A DNA stretch of 56,101 bases, taken from the IMG/VR virus record IMGVR_UViG_3300045988_126896. One strand, 5' to 3'. The stretch is from a virus. Shown piece by piece: positions 8,311 through 15,839 of this stretch. The first letter of the stretch is position 1. Each line of letters starts with the position of its first letter. Under the pieces are notes generated by a model. The model was not told the DNA's origin, did not search any database, and worked only from the letters and a program-made list of their open reading frames with translations. Position numbers and translations under genes: made by a program.

Positions 8311-8614
8311 AAAAGTACAGCAGCTTACAGCTGTGGAGAATAAGCAGAACGACAAGAGTAAAATTAACTGGAAGGTCAGAGTAAAAAATAAGGCGTTCTG
8401 GTTAGCACTTATCCCGGCGGTGCTTCTTCTTATCCAGGTTATCGCTTCGGTCTTCGGTTACACCCTTGACCTGGGCGATCTGGGTAATAAATTGCTTTCC
8501 GTCGTGGAAGCCCTGTTTATGGTTCTTTCTATCCTTGGTATCGTGGTAGACCCAACTACCGACGGTGTAGGGGATAGCAAACAGGCACTTACTTACACAG
8601 AACCGAAAAAATAA
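8291..8614 (+). CDS. Holin, phi-LC3 (Phage_holin_1) type
   Basis: Motifs WKVRVKNKAFWLALIPAVLLLIQ and GIVVDPTTDGVGDS are typical of this holin family. The true start may be ATG 8300. Confidence 0.85.
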   Translation: MNIMANKKVQQLTAVENKQNDKSKINWKVRVKNKAFWLALIPAVLLLIQVIASVFGYTLDLGDLGNKLLSVVEALFMVLSILGIVVDPTTDGVGDSKQALTYTEPKK

Positions 8615-8624
8615 TTACTGATCT

Positions 8625-8648
8625 GACGCCGCGCGGGGCGTCTTTTTC
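8625..8648 (+). terminator. Hairpin plus T-run between holin and endolysin
   Basis: gacgcc-gcgcgg-ggcgtc followed by ttttt. Confidence 0.5.
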
Positions 8649-8672
8649 TTTTAGAAGAAAGGAACTTTTAAC

Positions 8673-10295
8673 ATGAAAAAAGAAAACATTACAGTATTAC
8701 GAAAAATTCTTTACGCTGTAGAATCTGGCGGCCAGGTCTACGGAAAACAGAACTACGGCGCTTTTGCCGGTGTCGGTGCGAATACACCGAACGAAAAGGC
8801 TATTACGATTGGCGCGGGCCAGTGGTACGCCGAAGAAGCCCGTACACTTCTGCTTAATATCCAGAAGAAGTACCCAAAAGAATTTAAGAAGCTGGATACA
8901 GCCGGTATTACAGCTGACTTAAATAAAAGCTGGGGAACCTACTGGGTAACGAAGACTTCCGCGAAAGGTAAATGTATTATCGCTATCATTACTTCCGCTG
9001 GCGGTATCAAGTGCCAGGACGCTTTAATGGAAACACAGATTAAAACGTATGCCGCTTCGATCGAAAAGAAGTACGGAAGCTTAAGCGACGACGCTATGAT
9101 GGAATGTATTAACATTATCCACCAGGGCGGAAGTGGAGCGCTTACCCGTATCCTGGCAAAGACACAGAAGCCGTATACCGCGAAGACGATCTACGCGGCA
9201 CTTTGCACCGACCCGGCGGACAAGTCCAATAATAACCAGGTCGGCGACTACGTAACACGTCAGAAAGTCGTGTACGGCTTTATCACGAAATACTGTAACA
9301 AGGAAGGGGTTAATACTATGGGATATTCCAGACAGGCTGTAGCTGATCTTGTTAATTCCTGGGTAGGGAAAAATGAAGCAGACGGCAGCTATAAAACAAT
9401 CATTGAAATTTATAACGGCTACAAAGGGGATTTCCCACGCGGAACCAAAATGGATTATAGCTGGCCGTGGTGCGCTTGTACATGGTCCGCGGTGGCTATT
9501 AAGCTGGGTTATACCCCGATTATGCCTATTGAAATTTCTTGCTACTATCTGATCGAAGCAGCTAAGAAAAAAGGTATCTGGATTGAAAACGACGCACACG
9601 TACCGAAAGTCGGCGAAGGGGTTCTTTACTACTGGAAAGATGGTACGAACTTCGCTACCACTGACTGTACAGGCGTTCCAGATCATGTAGGTACTGTAAC
9701 AGAAGTTTACGAAAAAGCGGGTTACTTCGTCGTGACAGAAGGTAACTACAGCAACGCTGTTAAAAAGCGTACCTTGTTAATTAACGGTCGCTATATCCGT
9801 GGCTTTATCAGTCCGAAGTATACAGACAACACAGTTACACCGGTTACCCCGGCAGCTGGAAAAGACCTTACTACGGTAGCCCGTGAAGTGATCTTAGGCG
9901 TATGGGGAAATATGCCGGAACGTAAGACGAAACTGGAAGCCAGCGGCTACAATTTCACCGACGTACAGAACAAGGTAAATGAACTTCTTAATAAGAATGT
10001 TCCTACACCTTCTAAGCCACAGGGAACAGGTGTAACAAAAGTAGTAGCGGGTTCTGGGGCTGCAAGCTTCAACAAGGCCCTTGCTGGTTCCTACGTTACG
10101 ACGACTGGCTTGTATATGCGTCACGGTGCCGGTAAAAATAAGCGCGCTATGGTTCTTATCCCAGAAGGTACAAAAGTACAGAACTACGGATACTACACAA
10201 GCTATAATGGCACAAAATGGCTGTATATCCAGGTTACGCTTAATGGTGTACAGTACACAGGCTTTAGCAGTAAGACATATTTAAAGAAACAGTAA
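8673..10295 (+). CDS. Endolysin: N-terminal domain of unclear type, CHAP-like amidase/peptidase, C-terminal SH3b
   Basis: Cys/His motif (PWCACTWS ... PDHVGTV ... EGNYSN). C-terminal SH3b-like sequence YMRHGAGKNKRAMVLIPEGTKV. Follows the holin. Confidence 0.85.
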   Translation: MKKENITVLRKILYAVESGGQVYGKQNYGAFAGVGANTPNEKAITIGAGQWYAEEARTLLLNIQKKYPKEFKKLDTAGITADLNKSWGTYWVTKTSAKGKCIIAIITSAGGIKCQDALMETQIKTYAASIEKKYGSLSDDAMMECINIIHQGGSGALTRILAKTQKPYTAKTIYAALCTDPADKSNNNQVGDYVTRQKVVYGFITKYCNKEGVNTMGYSRQAVADLVNSWVGKNEADGSYKTIIEIYNGYKGDFPRGTKMDYSWPWCACTWSAVAIKLGYTPIMPIEISCYYLIEAAKKKGIWIENDAHVPKVGEGVLYYWKDGTNFATTDCTGVPDHVGTVTEVYEKAGYFVVTEGNYSNAVKKRTLLINGRYIRGFISPKYTDNTVTPVTPAAGKDLTTVAREVILGVWGNMPERKTKLEASGYNFTDVQNKVNELLNKNVPTPSKPQGTGVTKVVAGSGAASFNKALAGSYVTTTGLYMRHGAGKNKRAMVLIPEGTKVQNYGYYTSYNGTKWLYIQVTLNGVQYTGFSSKTYLKKQ

Positions 10296-10303
10296 GATAG
10301 ATA

Positions 10304-10334
10304 GGCGGTTACTTCGGTAGCCGCCTTCTTTTTT
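10304..10334 (+). terminator. Rho-independent terminator after the lysis module
   Basis: 9-bp stem ggcggttac/gtagccgcc, UUCG loop, then ttctttttt. Confidence 0.8.
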
Positions 10335-10353
10335 GTTGTCAGAAAGTATAAAG

Positions 10354-10368
10354 TTGTCTTATTGACAA
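10354..10368. promoter_or_regulatory. Operator, TTGTC-N5-GACAA family, site 1
   Basis: ttgtcttattgacaa, with perfect inverted half-sites. Overlaps the -35 element. Confidence 0.6.
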
Positions 10369-10390
10369 ATTGCAAAACATATCATATACT
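10362..10390 (+). promoter_or_regulatory. Sigma-70-type promoter for the 10440/integrase operon
   Basis: TTGACA, 17-nt spacer, TATACT. Confidence 0.55.
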
Positions 10391-10404
10391 TGTCTTGTAG
10401 ACAA
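10390..10404. promoter_or_regulatory. Operator, TTGTC-N5-GACAA family, site 2
   Basis: ttgtcttgtagacaa, abutting the -10 element. Confidence 0.6.
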
Positions 10405-10439
10405 AAATATACTTTAAGACAACGAAAGGAAGGTAGCCT

Positions 10440-10724
10440 ATGCAGAATAATAAGACATTCTATAAAAGATGTTCCACAAGGGAACAGGCTGTAGACTTCA
10501 CGGAAAAATCCCAGGGAACTATACAGGAAGATGGCTGTACTGTAGCCTTTGACGCGTCCTACAGCATATCTAAGGCGCTGTTTAATGTGAAGTCTGATAA
10601 GTACCGCGTATATATCAGAATCCGCCTTGCAAATGGAAACCCACTTACATATATCGTAGCTGCTAAACGTTCAAAGGACGCCTACGATATGGCAAAGAAC
10701 AGAGTGAAAGAAGGGTGGTTTTAA
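10440..10724 (+). CDS. Hypothetical protein upstream of the integrase
   Basis: RBS aaaggaagg; 94 aa; stop overlaps the integrase start. Confidence 0.6.
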   Translation: MQNNKTFYKRCSTREQAVDFTEKSQGTIQEDGCTVAFDASYSISKALFNVKSDKYRVYIRIRLANGNPLTYIVAAKRSKDAYDMAKNRVKEGWF

Positions 10725-12169
10725 TGCCAGGAAACACAAAGAAGCACAGACGCGGAAATGGGGAAGGTAGCGTATATCAGCGTAAAGACGGAACCTGGGC
10801 GGCGGTTCTTACTGTCGGCGTTAAACAAGATGGTAAGCCAGATCGAAAGTTTTTATATGGAAAGACCAGGAAAGAAGTAGCGGATAAGCTTAGAGAAGCG
10901 CAGAACAAGCTTGACGCTGGTGTTATCCCTGGGGGCGATAATGTCCTTTTTAGTACGTGGGTAATAAACTGGTTAGAGATTGTTATAAAACCCGGTATTA
11001 AAGAACGAACCTACGTAAATTACAAGGCGTCTATAGAAAAGCATATTATACCAGGTATCGGGCGATATAAGCTTAAGGACATTACAGACGACGTAATACA
11101 AAAATATCTGAACGACCAACAGGAACACGGAAACCTTAAACTTGAAATTAACGACGACACGGGAGAAGCGGCACCGTCCCACGGACCGGTAGCGGCGTCT
11201 TCTCTTATTCAGCAACGACGACTTATTATAGCTGCTTTAGAATACGCTGTAGACAAGGGACGTATAAATAGAAACCCTGGAAAAAAGACAAGGCGGCCAA
11301 AAAGTAAACCGAAGACAAATAATATACTGACAGACGAAGAAATGGAAACACTGGGTATTAAAGGAACGAAGTACCGTTATTATCCGGCGTATATGCTGAC
11401 ACTTACTACAGCTTGCAGACGGGGCGAAATACTTGGCCTTGACTGGCAGCACGTAGATATAGGGATACCCTGGACAACAGTAGACCGGTACTTTCCCTGG
11501 GGCGATATAAAGAAGCTTCCTAAGTGGGACACGAAAGCCTTAAAAACACTTCTGGAAGATCATAATATTACATTTGGGGACGGATACTTACGGCTTGTGT
11601 ATCAGATGGTAGACGACAACGGTACCCCGTTTAGGGACGAACTTAAAACTGATCTGTCCAGGCGTTCCCTTATGATTACCGAAGAAATGGTTCTGCTTCT
11701 GATTTTCTGGCGGCTGATACAGAATACAGAAAAAAGGAAAGCCACAGAAAGAGGGATAGAGTACAACCCGGACAATCTGGTATTTTGTACCAGGAAAGGG
11801 ACTTACATTTACCCTAGAAACTTTACAAAAATGTGGAGTGAAAACCTTCGATCTATGGGTATCGACCATAAGCGTTTTCACGATCTACGCCATACGGTGG
11901 CTACGGTTATGCTGGAAGACGGCGAAGCTATGAATACAGTACAGGAACAGCTGGGACACTACGACGCTGGCTTTACAGCTTCCAGATATGGACACGTTAC
12001 CGCTAAAATGAGAAATAGTGCAGCTGTAAAGCTTGGGGAACGTCTGGAAAAGGTAAGGAACCCAGAAGCAGAAGACGAAGAAGACGCCAACAGCGTAAAG
12101 AAGGAAGATACCGTTATTCCTTTCCAGGAAGGACGAAAGCTTAAGTCTGCCGCTTGTAAAATTAAATAG
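10724..12169 (+). CDS. int: Tyrosine integrase with N-terminal arm-type DNA-binding domain
   Basis: N-terminal GNGEGSVYQRKDGTWAA. Catalytic motifs ACRRGEILGLDW, HDLRHT and GHxxxxxxxxRYGHV. Confidence 0.9.
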   Translation: MPGNTKKHRRGNGEGSVYQRKDGTWAAVLTVGVKQDGKPDRKFLYGKTRKEVADKLREAQNKLDAGVIPGGDNVLFSTWVINWLEIVIKPGIKERTYVNYKASIEKHIIPGIGRYKLKDITDDVIQKYLNDQQEHGNLKLEINDDTGEAAPSHGPVAASSLIQQRRLIIAALEYAVDKGRINRNPGKKTRRPKSKPKTNNILTDEEMETLGIKGTKYRYYPAYMLTLTTACRRGEILGLDWQHVDIGIPWTTVDRYFPWGDIKKLPKWDTKALKTLLEDHNITFGDGYLRLVYQMVDDNGTPFRDELKTDLSRRSLMITEEMVLLLIFWRLIQNTEKRKATERGIEYNPDNLVFCTRKGTYIYPRNFTKMWSENLRSMGIDHKRFHDLRHTVATVMLEDGEAMNTVQEQLGHYDAGFTASRYGHVTAKMRNSAAVKLGERLEKVRNPEAEDEEDANSVKKEDTVIPFQEGRKLKSAACKIK

Positions 12170-12198
12170 TGGACAAAAACGCCGACGCTTATTATAAT
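12170..12198 (+). promoter_or_regulatory. Promoter for the 12231 operon
   Basis: TGGACA, 17-nt spacer, TATAAT. Confidence 0.5.
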
Positions 12199-12212
12199 TG
12201 TCTATAAGACAA
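12198..12212. promoter_or_regulatory. Operator, TTGTC-N5-GACAA family, site 3
   Basis: ttgtctataagacaa, starting at the last base of the -10 element. Confidence 0.6.
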
Positions 12213-12230
12213 ACGAAAGGGGTGGAAACA

Positions 12231-12575
12231 GTGATAGGCAAGAACATACAATTTTACCGCGATCTTCGTGAAATGAAGGGGAAGGACCTGGCCGCGAAGG
12301 TAGGGTGTTCCGTCGGCGCTTTGCCCCATATAGAGAAAGGAAGTAGGCAGCCCAGCGTAGATATGCTATATAAAATAGCTGACGCGCTGGACGTTTCGGT
12401 TATAAACCTGGTACTTGACGAAAAAGAAATAAACAGGTTTTATTATGACGACGCTGTAAAGGCGTTCCACCCAGGGAGCGAACAGCTTAACCGTGTCCTG
12501 GATATTCTGAAAAAGGATAACGCCGCCTGGTCGGACGCGAAGCGTATAGCGATCGTAAACTTAGACGACGTATAG
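12231..12575 (+). CDS. XRE-family HTH regulator
   Basis: GTG at 12231 follows RBS aaaggggtgg. HTH sequence KGKDLAAKVGCSVGALPHIEKGSRQPS. Confidence 0.8.
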   Translation: MIGKNIQFYRDLREMKGKDLAAKVGCSVGALPHIEKGSRQPSVDMLYKIADALDVSVINLVLDEKEINRFYYDDAVKAFHPGSEQLNRVLDILKKDNAAWSDAKRIAIVNLDDV

Positions 12576-12591
12576 AAAGAAGGTTTTGTAT

Positions 12592-12828
12592 ATGAGTGAT
12601 AGCAGTTATGTAGGCGACTACTTTTACGTAAATGAAGAAAGCATTAAGCATAGGCACGAACTGGAACGACAGAAGGGTAACCCATTTATTACCGGGAGTA
12701 TGGCCGGCGCCAGCTTCTTACAGCAGCCATACGGTGGCTTAAGCCATGCTTCTTATGGTTGGCCGTTCCCGAAATCTAAAGAAACAAACTGTAGTAAAAA
12801 CGTAGTAAAAGGAGAATCCAAACAATGA
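12592..12828 (+). CDS. Hypothetical protein
   Basis: ATG at 12592 follows RBS agaaagaagg. Confidence 0.55.
   Translation: MSDSSYVGDYFYVNEESIKHRHELERQKGNPFITGSMAGASFLQQPYGGLSHASYGWPFPKSKETNCSKNVVKGESKQ
12791..12810 (+). repeat. GTAGTAAAA cluster 1 (2 copies, 11-bp spacing)
   Basis: gtagtaaaaacgtagtaaaa, at the 3' end of the 12592 ORF. Confidence 0.8.
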
Positions 12829-12902
12829 AAAATGCTTATAATACCAGTGCTTACGGGTCCTTCGCTTACGTCTACGACATTTTCATGGATAATGTGATAT
12901 AG
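12825..12902 (+). CDS. Possible 25-aa peptide (MKNAYNTSAYGSFAYVYDIFMDNVI)
   Basis: ATGA overlap with the upstream stop. RBS aaaggag lies 11 nt upstream. The terminator follows. Confidence 0.25.
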   Translation: MKNAYNTSAYGSFAYVYDIFMDNVI

Positions 12903-12910
12903 CCATTTTA

Positions 12911-12947
12911 AAAGCCCGGAAACATAGCGTTTCTGGGCTTTTTCTCT
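12911..12947 (+). terminator. Rho-independent terminator
   Basis: Stem aaagcccggaaac/gtttctgggcttt followed by a T-run. Confidence 0.8.
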
Positions 12948-12968
12948 GTATTCTGTAAATGTTCCGTT

Positions 12969-12998
12969 GTCCTCTGTTATCCTCTGTTTACCCCTGTT
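12969..12998 (+). repeat. 10-bp phased repeat array a (3 units, RTCCTCTGTT)
   Basis: gtcctctgtt atcctctgtt tacccctgtt. Confidence 0.9.
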
Positions 12999-13010
12999 TT
13001 CCGCGGCTTT

Positions 13011-13043
13011 GTAGTAAAAACTGTAGTAAAATTCGTAGTAGAA
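13011..13043 (+). repeat. GTAGTAAAA cluster 2 (3 copies, 12-bp spacing)
   Basis: gtagtaaaaactgtagtaaaattcgtagtagaa. The first 21 nt are identical to 38664-38684. Confidence 0.85.
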
Positions 13044-13057
13044 AATCAGTAAGAAAC

Positions 13058-13264
13058 TACAGCCCAAAAGACCCTTATTATATACATATAATAACTATAT
13101 ATACATAACTATATAATAAATAAAATATATAATAAAGATTAGTATATATAATATAAAGTGTATCTATTTTTCTTTTAGGGGGTATTGTTTTTTAACTCAT
13201 TTTCCTATTCGTTTTATGAGTGGGTTTTCTATACCCCCTTCTTTAAGTTCTTTAAAAAATTTTT
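13058..13264 (+). repeat. Copy 1 of an approx 207-bp non-coding element (AT-rich core plus conserved long hairpin)
   Basis: Shares tacagcccaaaaga, the tatatacata runs, and gagtgggttttctataccccctt...aaaaattttt with 37140-37347. Hairpin arms are at 13177-13185 and 13231-13239. Confidence 0.85.
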
Positions 13265-13296
13265 GATCTTCCTTACTGCTGTAGGTCTTTTTCTTT

Positions 13297-13330
13297 ATCC
13301 TCTGTTGTCCTCTGTTATCCTTGGTTATCC
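13297..13330 (+). repeat. 10-bp phased repeat array b (3-4 units)
   Basis: atcctctgtt gtcctctgtt atccttggtt atcc. Confidence 0.85.
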
Positions 13331-13353
13331 GAAGTAAGCTAGTTTATGGCGTT

Positions 13354-13378
13354 GTCCTCTGTTATCCTCTGTTTACCC
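13354..13378 (+). repeat. 10-bp phased repeat array c
   Basis: gtcctctgtt atcctctgtt taccc. 13350-13378 is a 29-bp exact copy of 12965-12993. Confidence 0.9.
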
Positions 13379-13379
13379 T

Positions 13380-13625
13380 TTAGGCGTTCCAGGTGTGGCC
13401 GCAATTCTGGCAGATACATACGGTCTTGTTCTTAAACTTTGTCTTTTCATTTCCTTTTGACTTCTTCCATACCAGGTTAGACATACCCAGGGTACATATA
13501 GCTGTAAGTCCACGCGCGGTATTATTGATATGACCACCCAGACCGTTACCATGCTTCTTAGTCTTTCCTTCTACCTGTACCAGATCGACACTAACATTTT
13601 CGCTTTTACATTTTGGACATTTCAT
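13380..13625 (-). CDS. Zinc-ribbon protein (CPKC...CQNC), function unknown; lysogeny-region cargo
   Basis: RBS aggggga and an extended -10 element of its own. Two CxxC pairs, one at each end of the protein. Confidence 0.65.
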   Translation of the reverse strand: MKCPKCKSENVSVDLVQVEGKTKKHGNGLGGHINNTARGLTAICTLGMSNLVWKKSKGNEKTKFKNKTVCICQNCGHTWNA

Positions 13626-13654
13626 AATTTTTATCCCCCTAAGTGTTTTCTTTT

Positions 13655-13663
13655 ATTATATCA
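13655..13663 (-). promoter_or_regulatory. Extended -10 promoter (TGaTATAAT) for the 13625 gene
   Basis: The reverse complement of attatatca reads tgatataat. Sits downstream of the repressor-gene terminator. Confidence 0.45.
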
Positions 13664-13674
13664 CCCAACGACGA

Positions 13675-13709
13675 CAAAGAAAAGACCCCACAGCTTTGCA
13701 GCTGTAGGG
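13675..13709 (-). terminator. Rho-independent terminator after the repressor gene
   Basis: On the minus strand: ccctacagc-tgcaaa-gctgtgggg, then tcttttcttt. Confidence 0.7.
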
Positions 13710-13747
13710 CTTTCCTGGGTAAGTGCGTTCTTCCGAACTGTAACTTA

Positions 13748-13960
13748 TTAAACTTGTTCGCCGGTATCTCTTAGTGTAAATCCTATATCAAGATCACAGT
13801 TTAAGGCTTCTGCTATTTCTTGCAGTTCTTTTTCATTGAAATTATCCCGGCTTAACTTATTGCTTAGATTGCTTTGTGACATTCCTAAGCGCTTCGCCAG
13901 GTCTGTAACTGTAATCTTTCTTTTTACAAGAAGGATACGGACCTTTTCGGCCATAGCCAT
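13748..13960 (-). CDS. XRE-family HTH protein, CI-like repressor candidate
   Basis: HTH sequence ITVTDLAKRLGMSQSNLSNKLSRDN. Divergently transcribed from the early operon. Confidence 0.8.
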   Translation of the reverse strand: MAMAEKVRILLVKRKITVTDLAKRLGMSQSNLSNKLSRDNFNEKELQEIAEALNCDLDIGFTLRDTGEQV

Positions 13961-13990
13961 TTATGTACCCCCTTTCTATTTGATATGGTT

Positions 13991-14020
13991 ATTATATCAC
14001 TATTTAGTGATAAATGTCAA
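13991..14020 (-). promoter_or_regulatory. Leftward promoter for the repressor gene
   Basis: On the minus strand: TTGACA (14020-14015), 18-nt spacer, TATAAT (13996-13991). Confidence 0.5.
13995..14012. promoter_or_regulatory. Operator, TATCACT-N4-AGTGATA, site 1
   Basis: tatcactatttagtgata, with perfect 7-bp inverted half-sites. Lies inside the leftward promoter spacer. Confidence 0.7.
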
Positions 14021-14068
14021 TTATATAAATATATATAACGTAAATAAAATAAAAATTTAAAATAAGTG

Positions 14069-14097
14069 TTGACAAGTATTTATCTAGGGTGTATAGT
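14069..14097 (+). promoter_or_regulatory. Rightward early promoter
   Basis: TTGACA, 17-nt spacer, TATAGT. Confidence 0.65.
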
Positions 14098-14114
14098 ATC
14101 ACTATAAAGTGATA
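14097..14114. promoter_or_regulatory. Operator, TATCACT-N4-AGTGATA, site 2
   Basis: tatcactataaagtgata, starting at the last base of the -10 element. Confidence 0.7.
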
Positions 14115-14151
14115 ACAAACACGGAAACGTAATAAGAAAGGCGGTAATAAA

Positions 14152-14334
14152 ATGAAGAGAATCACAAGAATCGAAAGGCACTTATATGAAAGACCTAACC
14201 ATACAGTTAGAGAAGTATATAGGATTTTTCGTGAAGGCGATCCTTTTTGTTACACCGAAAAGTATTTTTCTGAACTGACAAAAAGAGAAAGAGAAGCTCT
14301 TAAAACTGTAAAGAAAGACGTGTTTCATTTTTAG
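14152..14334 (+). CDS. First early gene (Cro-position), function unknown
   Basis: RBS aaaggcgg; first ORF after the rightward promoter. Confidence 0.5.
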   Translation: MKRITRIERHLYERPNHTVREVYRIFREGDPFCYTEKYFSELTKREREALKTVKKDVFHF

Positions 14335-14368
14335 GGGCTTCGGCCCCTTCCAGAAAGGAAGTAAAGAT

Positions 14369-14665
14369 ATGAACAAGGACGCATGGTATCAATATTTTAC
14401 AGAGTGCGAAGCGGTAACCAATCGTAACGCCGAACTGGTGGAAGAAAAATTTAAAGAGTGCGAAGTCTACACCGAAAAGGTGTTAAAGAAAAAATACCCA
14501 GAATGTGGGGTAGTCTTTACCGGACACGTCGAAGCAATTAAGGCCGGCTACTTCACAATCTGGATAGACACTGGAAGCGTTACGCACAAAAACATAAAGC
14601 TGGAAGACTGTGGCATTAAGCCAGTAGAACTTTACGACTATCCGATAAGACCGGATTACTTTTAA
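14369..14665 (+). CDS. Hypothetical early protein
   Basis: RBS aaaggaag; 98 aa. Confidence 0.6.
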   Translation: MNKDAWYQYFTECEAVTNRNAELVEEKFKECEVYTEKVLKKKYPECGVVFTGHVEAIKAGYFTIWIDTGSVTHKNIKLEDCGIKPVELYDYPIRPDYF

Positions 14666-14677
14666 GGGGGTGACAAA

Positions 14678-15352
14678 ATGAACATTGATAGCATGATACA
14701 AGGAAATCCCCAGGCGCTTGTTACTTCGTATAACGGCGTTCTTGTAGCGGACAGCCTGGAAGTAGCGGACCGGTTCGGGAAGCGTCATACTCACGTATTA
14801 AGAAGTATCGACGACTTAATAAACCAGTTAGAAAGTCAATCGACCCAAAATTGGGCTGATTACTTTATACCGGACGATTACCAGGACAACAAGAACAGAA
14901 CACAGCGAAGATTTAAACTTACCCGCGACGGCTTTAGTCTTCTAGTAATGGGATTCACTGGACCAGCTGCTTTACACTGGAAGCTTTTGTACATTGAAGC
15001 TTTTAACAAGATGGAACAGGCACTACGAAGCAACGTAGATATACGCCAGCTGGTAACACAGATCACGACCGACGTACTTCGTACCGTTCTTCCAGACATT
15101 CGACAGGCTGTAGAGCCACCGCCGGAGATTGAAGACGGACGCGTACACAATTCCAGGCGCTTAGACTTCCTGTACGGGAACGACGAAGCCTTACCGAACT
15201 TCCTTACCGTGTATGACATACGGGACTACTTAGGAATAGGGCAAAGACAGGCTTACGAACTGGTAAAAAGCGAAGGGTTCCCGACGAAGAAGTTAGGTAA
15301 TTCCTACCGGATACCGAAAGAAGACTTCTTAGAATGGGTCAGAAAACAATAG
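14678..15352 (+). CDS. Rha-family regulatory protein/antirepressor with C-terminal HTH
   Basis: Rha-type N-terminus (VADSLEVADRFGKRHTHVLRSID ... FKLTRDGFSLLVMGFTG). C-terminal excisionase-like HTH. Confidence 0.85.
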   Translation: MNIDSMIQGNPQALVTSYNGVLVADSLEVADRFGKRHTHVLRSIDDLINQLESQSTQNWADYFIPDDYQDNKNRTQRRFKLTRDGFSLLVMGFTGPAALHWKLLYIEAFNKMEQALRSNVDIRQLVTQITTDVLRTVLPDIRQAVEPPPEIEDGRVHNSRRLDFLYGNDEALPNFLTVYDIRDYLGIGQRQAYELVKSEGFPTKKLGNSYRIPKEDFLEWVRKQ

Positions 15353-15366
15353 GGGGTGTTAAGAAA

Positions 15367-15825
15367 ATGCTTTACAGCGAGTTTTTAAAGGGTACGCGGG
15401 CGCCGGAAACGCCCGATACCTACGATCAGTTCCAGATCATAGGACAAATTTACGAAGACTGCGAAGGAATGACAAAGGAAGAAGCTTACCGTATCTGGAA
15501 GCAGACCTACGGCCGCGAACTTAAACGCCGCGAACTTCGCCAGCGGGAACGCCTGGAACTTTTAATTAACCGGGAAGACTACGATAGTGCTGATCGCCCA
15601 CACCGGGCAGCGATCTACCACGAACTTAGTACCCTTTTCTGGGCGGCATATTACAATAAAGACGGTAGCCGGTGCCGCCTTGCTACGGAAGGGCGCTGTT
15701 TTACAGACGTATACGGTATAACCTGGATACTGCGATACGACGGAAGATACCCGAACGGGAACACGATCTTTAAGTTATGTGCTGTAGTCCGTGGGCGTAT
15801 GCTGGATACCAATTTTACAAACTGA
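15367..15825 (+). CDS. Hypothetical early protein
   Basis: ATG at 15367 follows RBS aggggg. Confidence 0.6.
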   Translation: MLYSEFLKGTRAPETPDTYDQFQIIGQIYEDCEGMTKEEAYRIWKQTYGRELKRRELRQRERLELLINREDYDSADRPHRAAIYHELSTLFWAAYYNKDGSRCRLATEGRCFTDVYGITWILRYDGRYPNGNTIFKLCAVVRGRMLDTNFTN

Positions 15826-15839
15826 AAGGGGGTATTCTA

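Noticed and set aside
9081-9686. 201-aa minus-strand ORF inside the endolysin gene.
   Set aside because: It is antisense to a gene with clear CHAP and SH3b motifs. There is no RBS.
12753-13067. 104-aa minus-strand ORF spanning 12753-13067.
   Set aside because: It runs through a + strand terminator hairpin, repeat array a and the GTAGTAAAA cluster. Its low-complexity translation (FYYEFYYSFYY) is produced by the repeats themselves.
12969-13378. Short tandem repeats considered as a CRISPR array.
   Set aside because: The units are 10 bp and contiguous, with no 25-40-bp repeats, no unique spacers and no cas genes.
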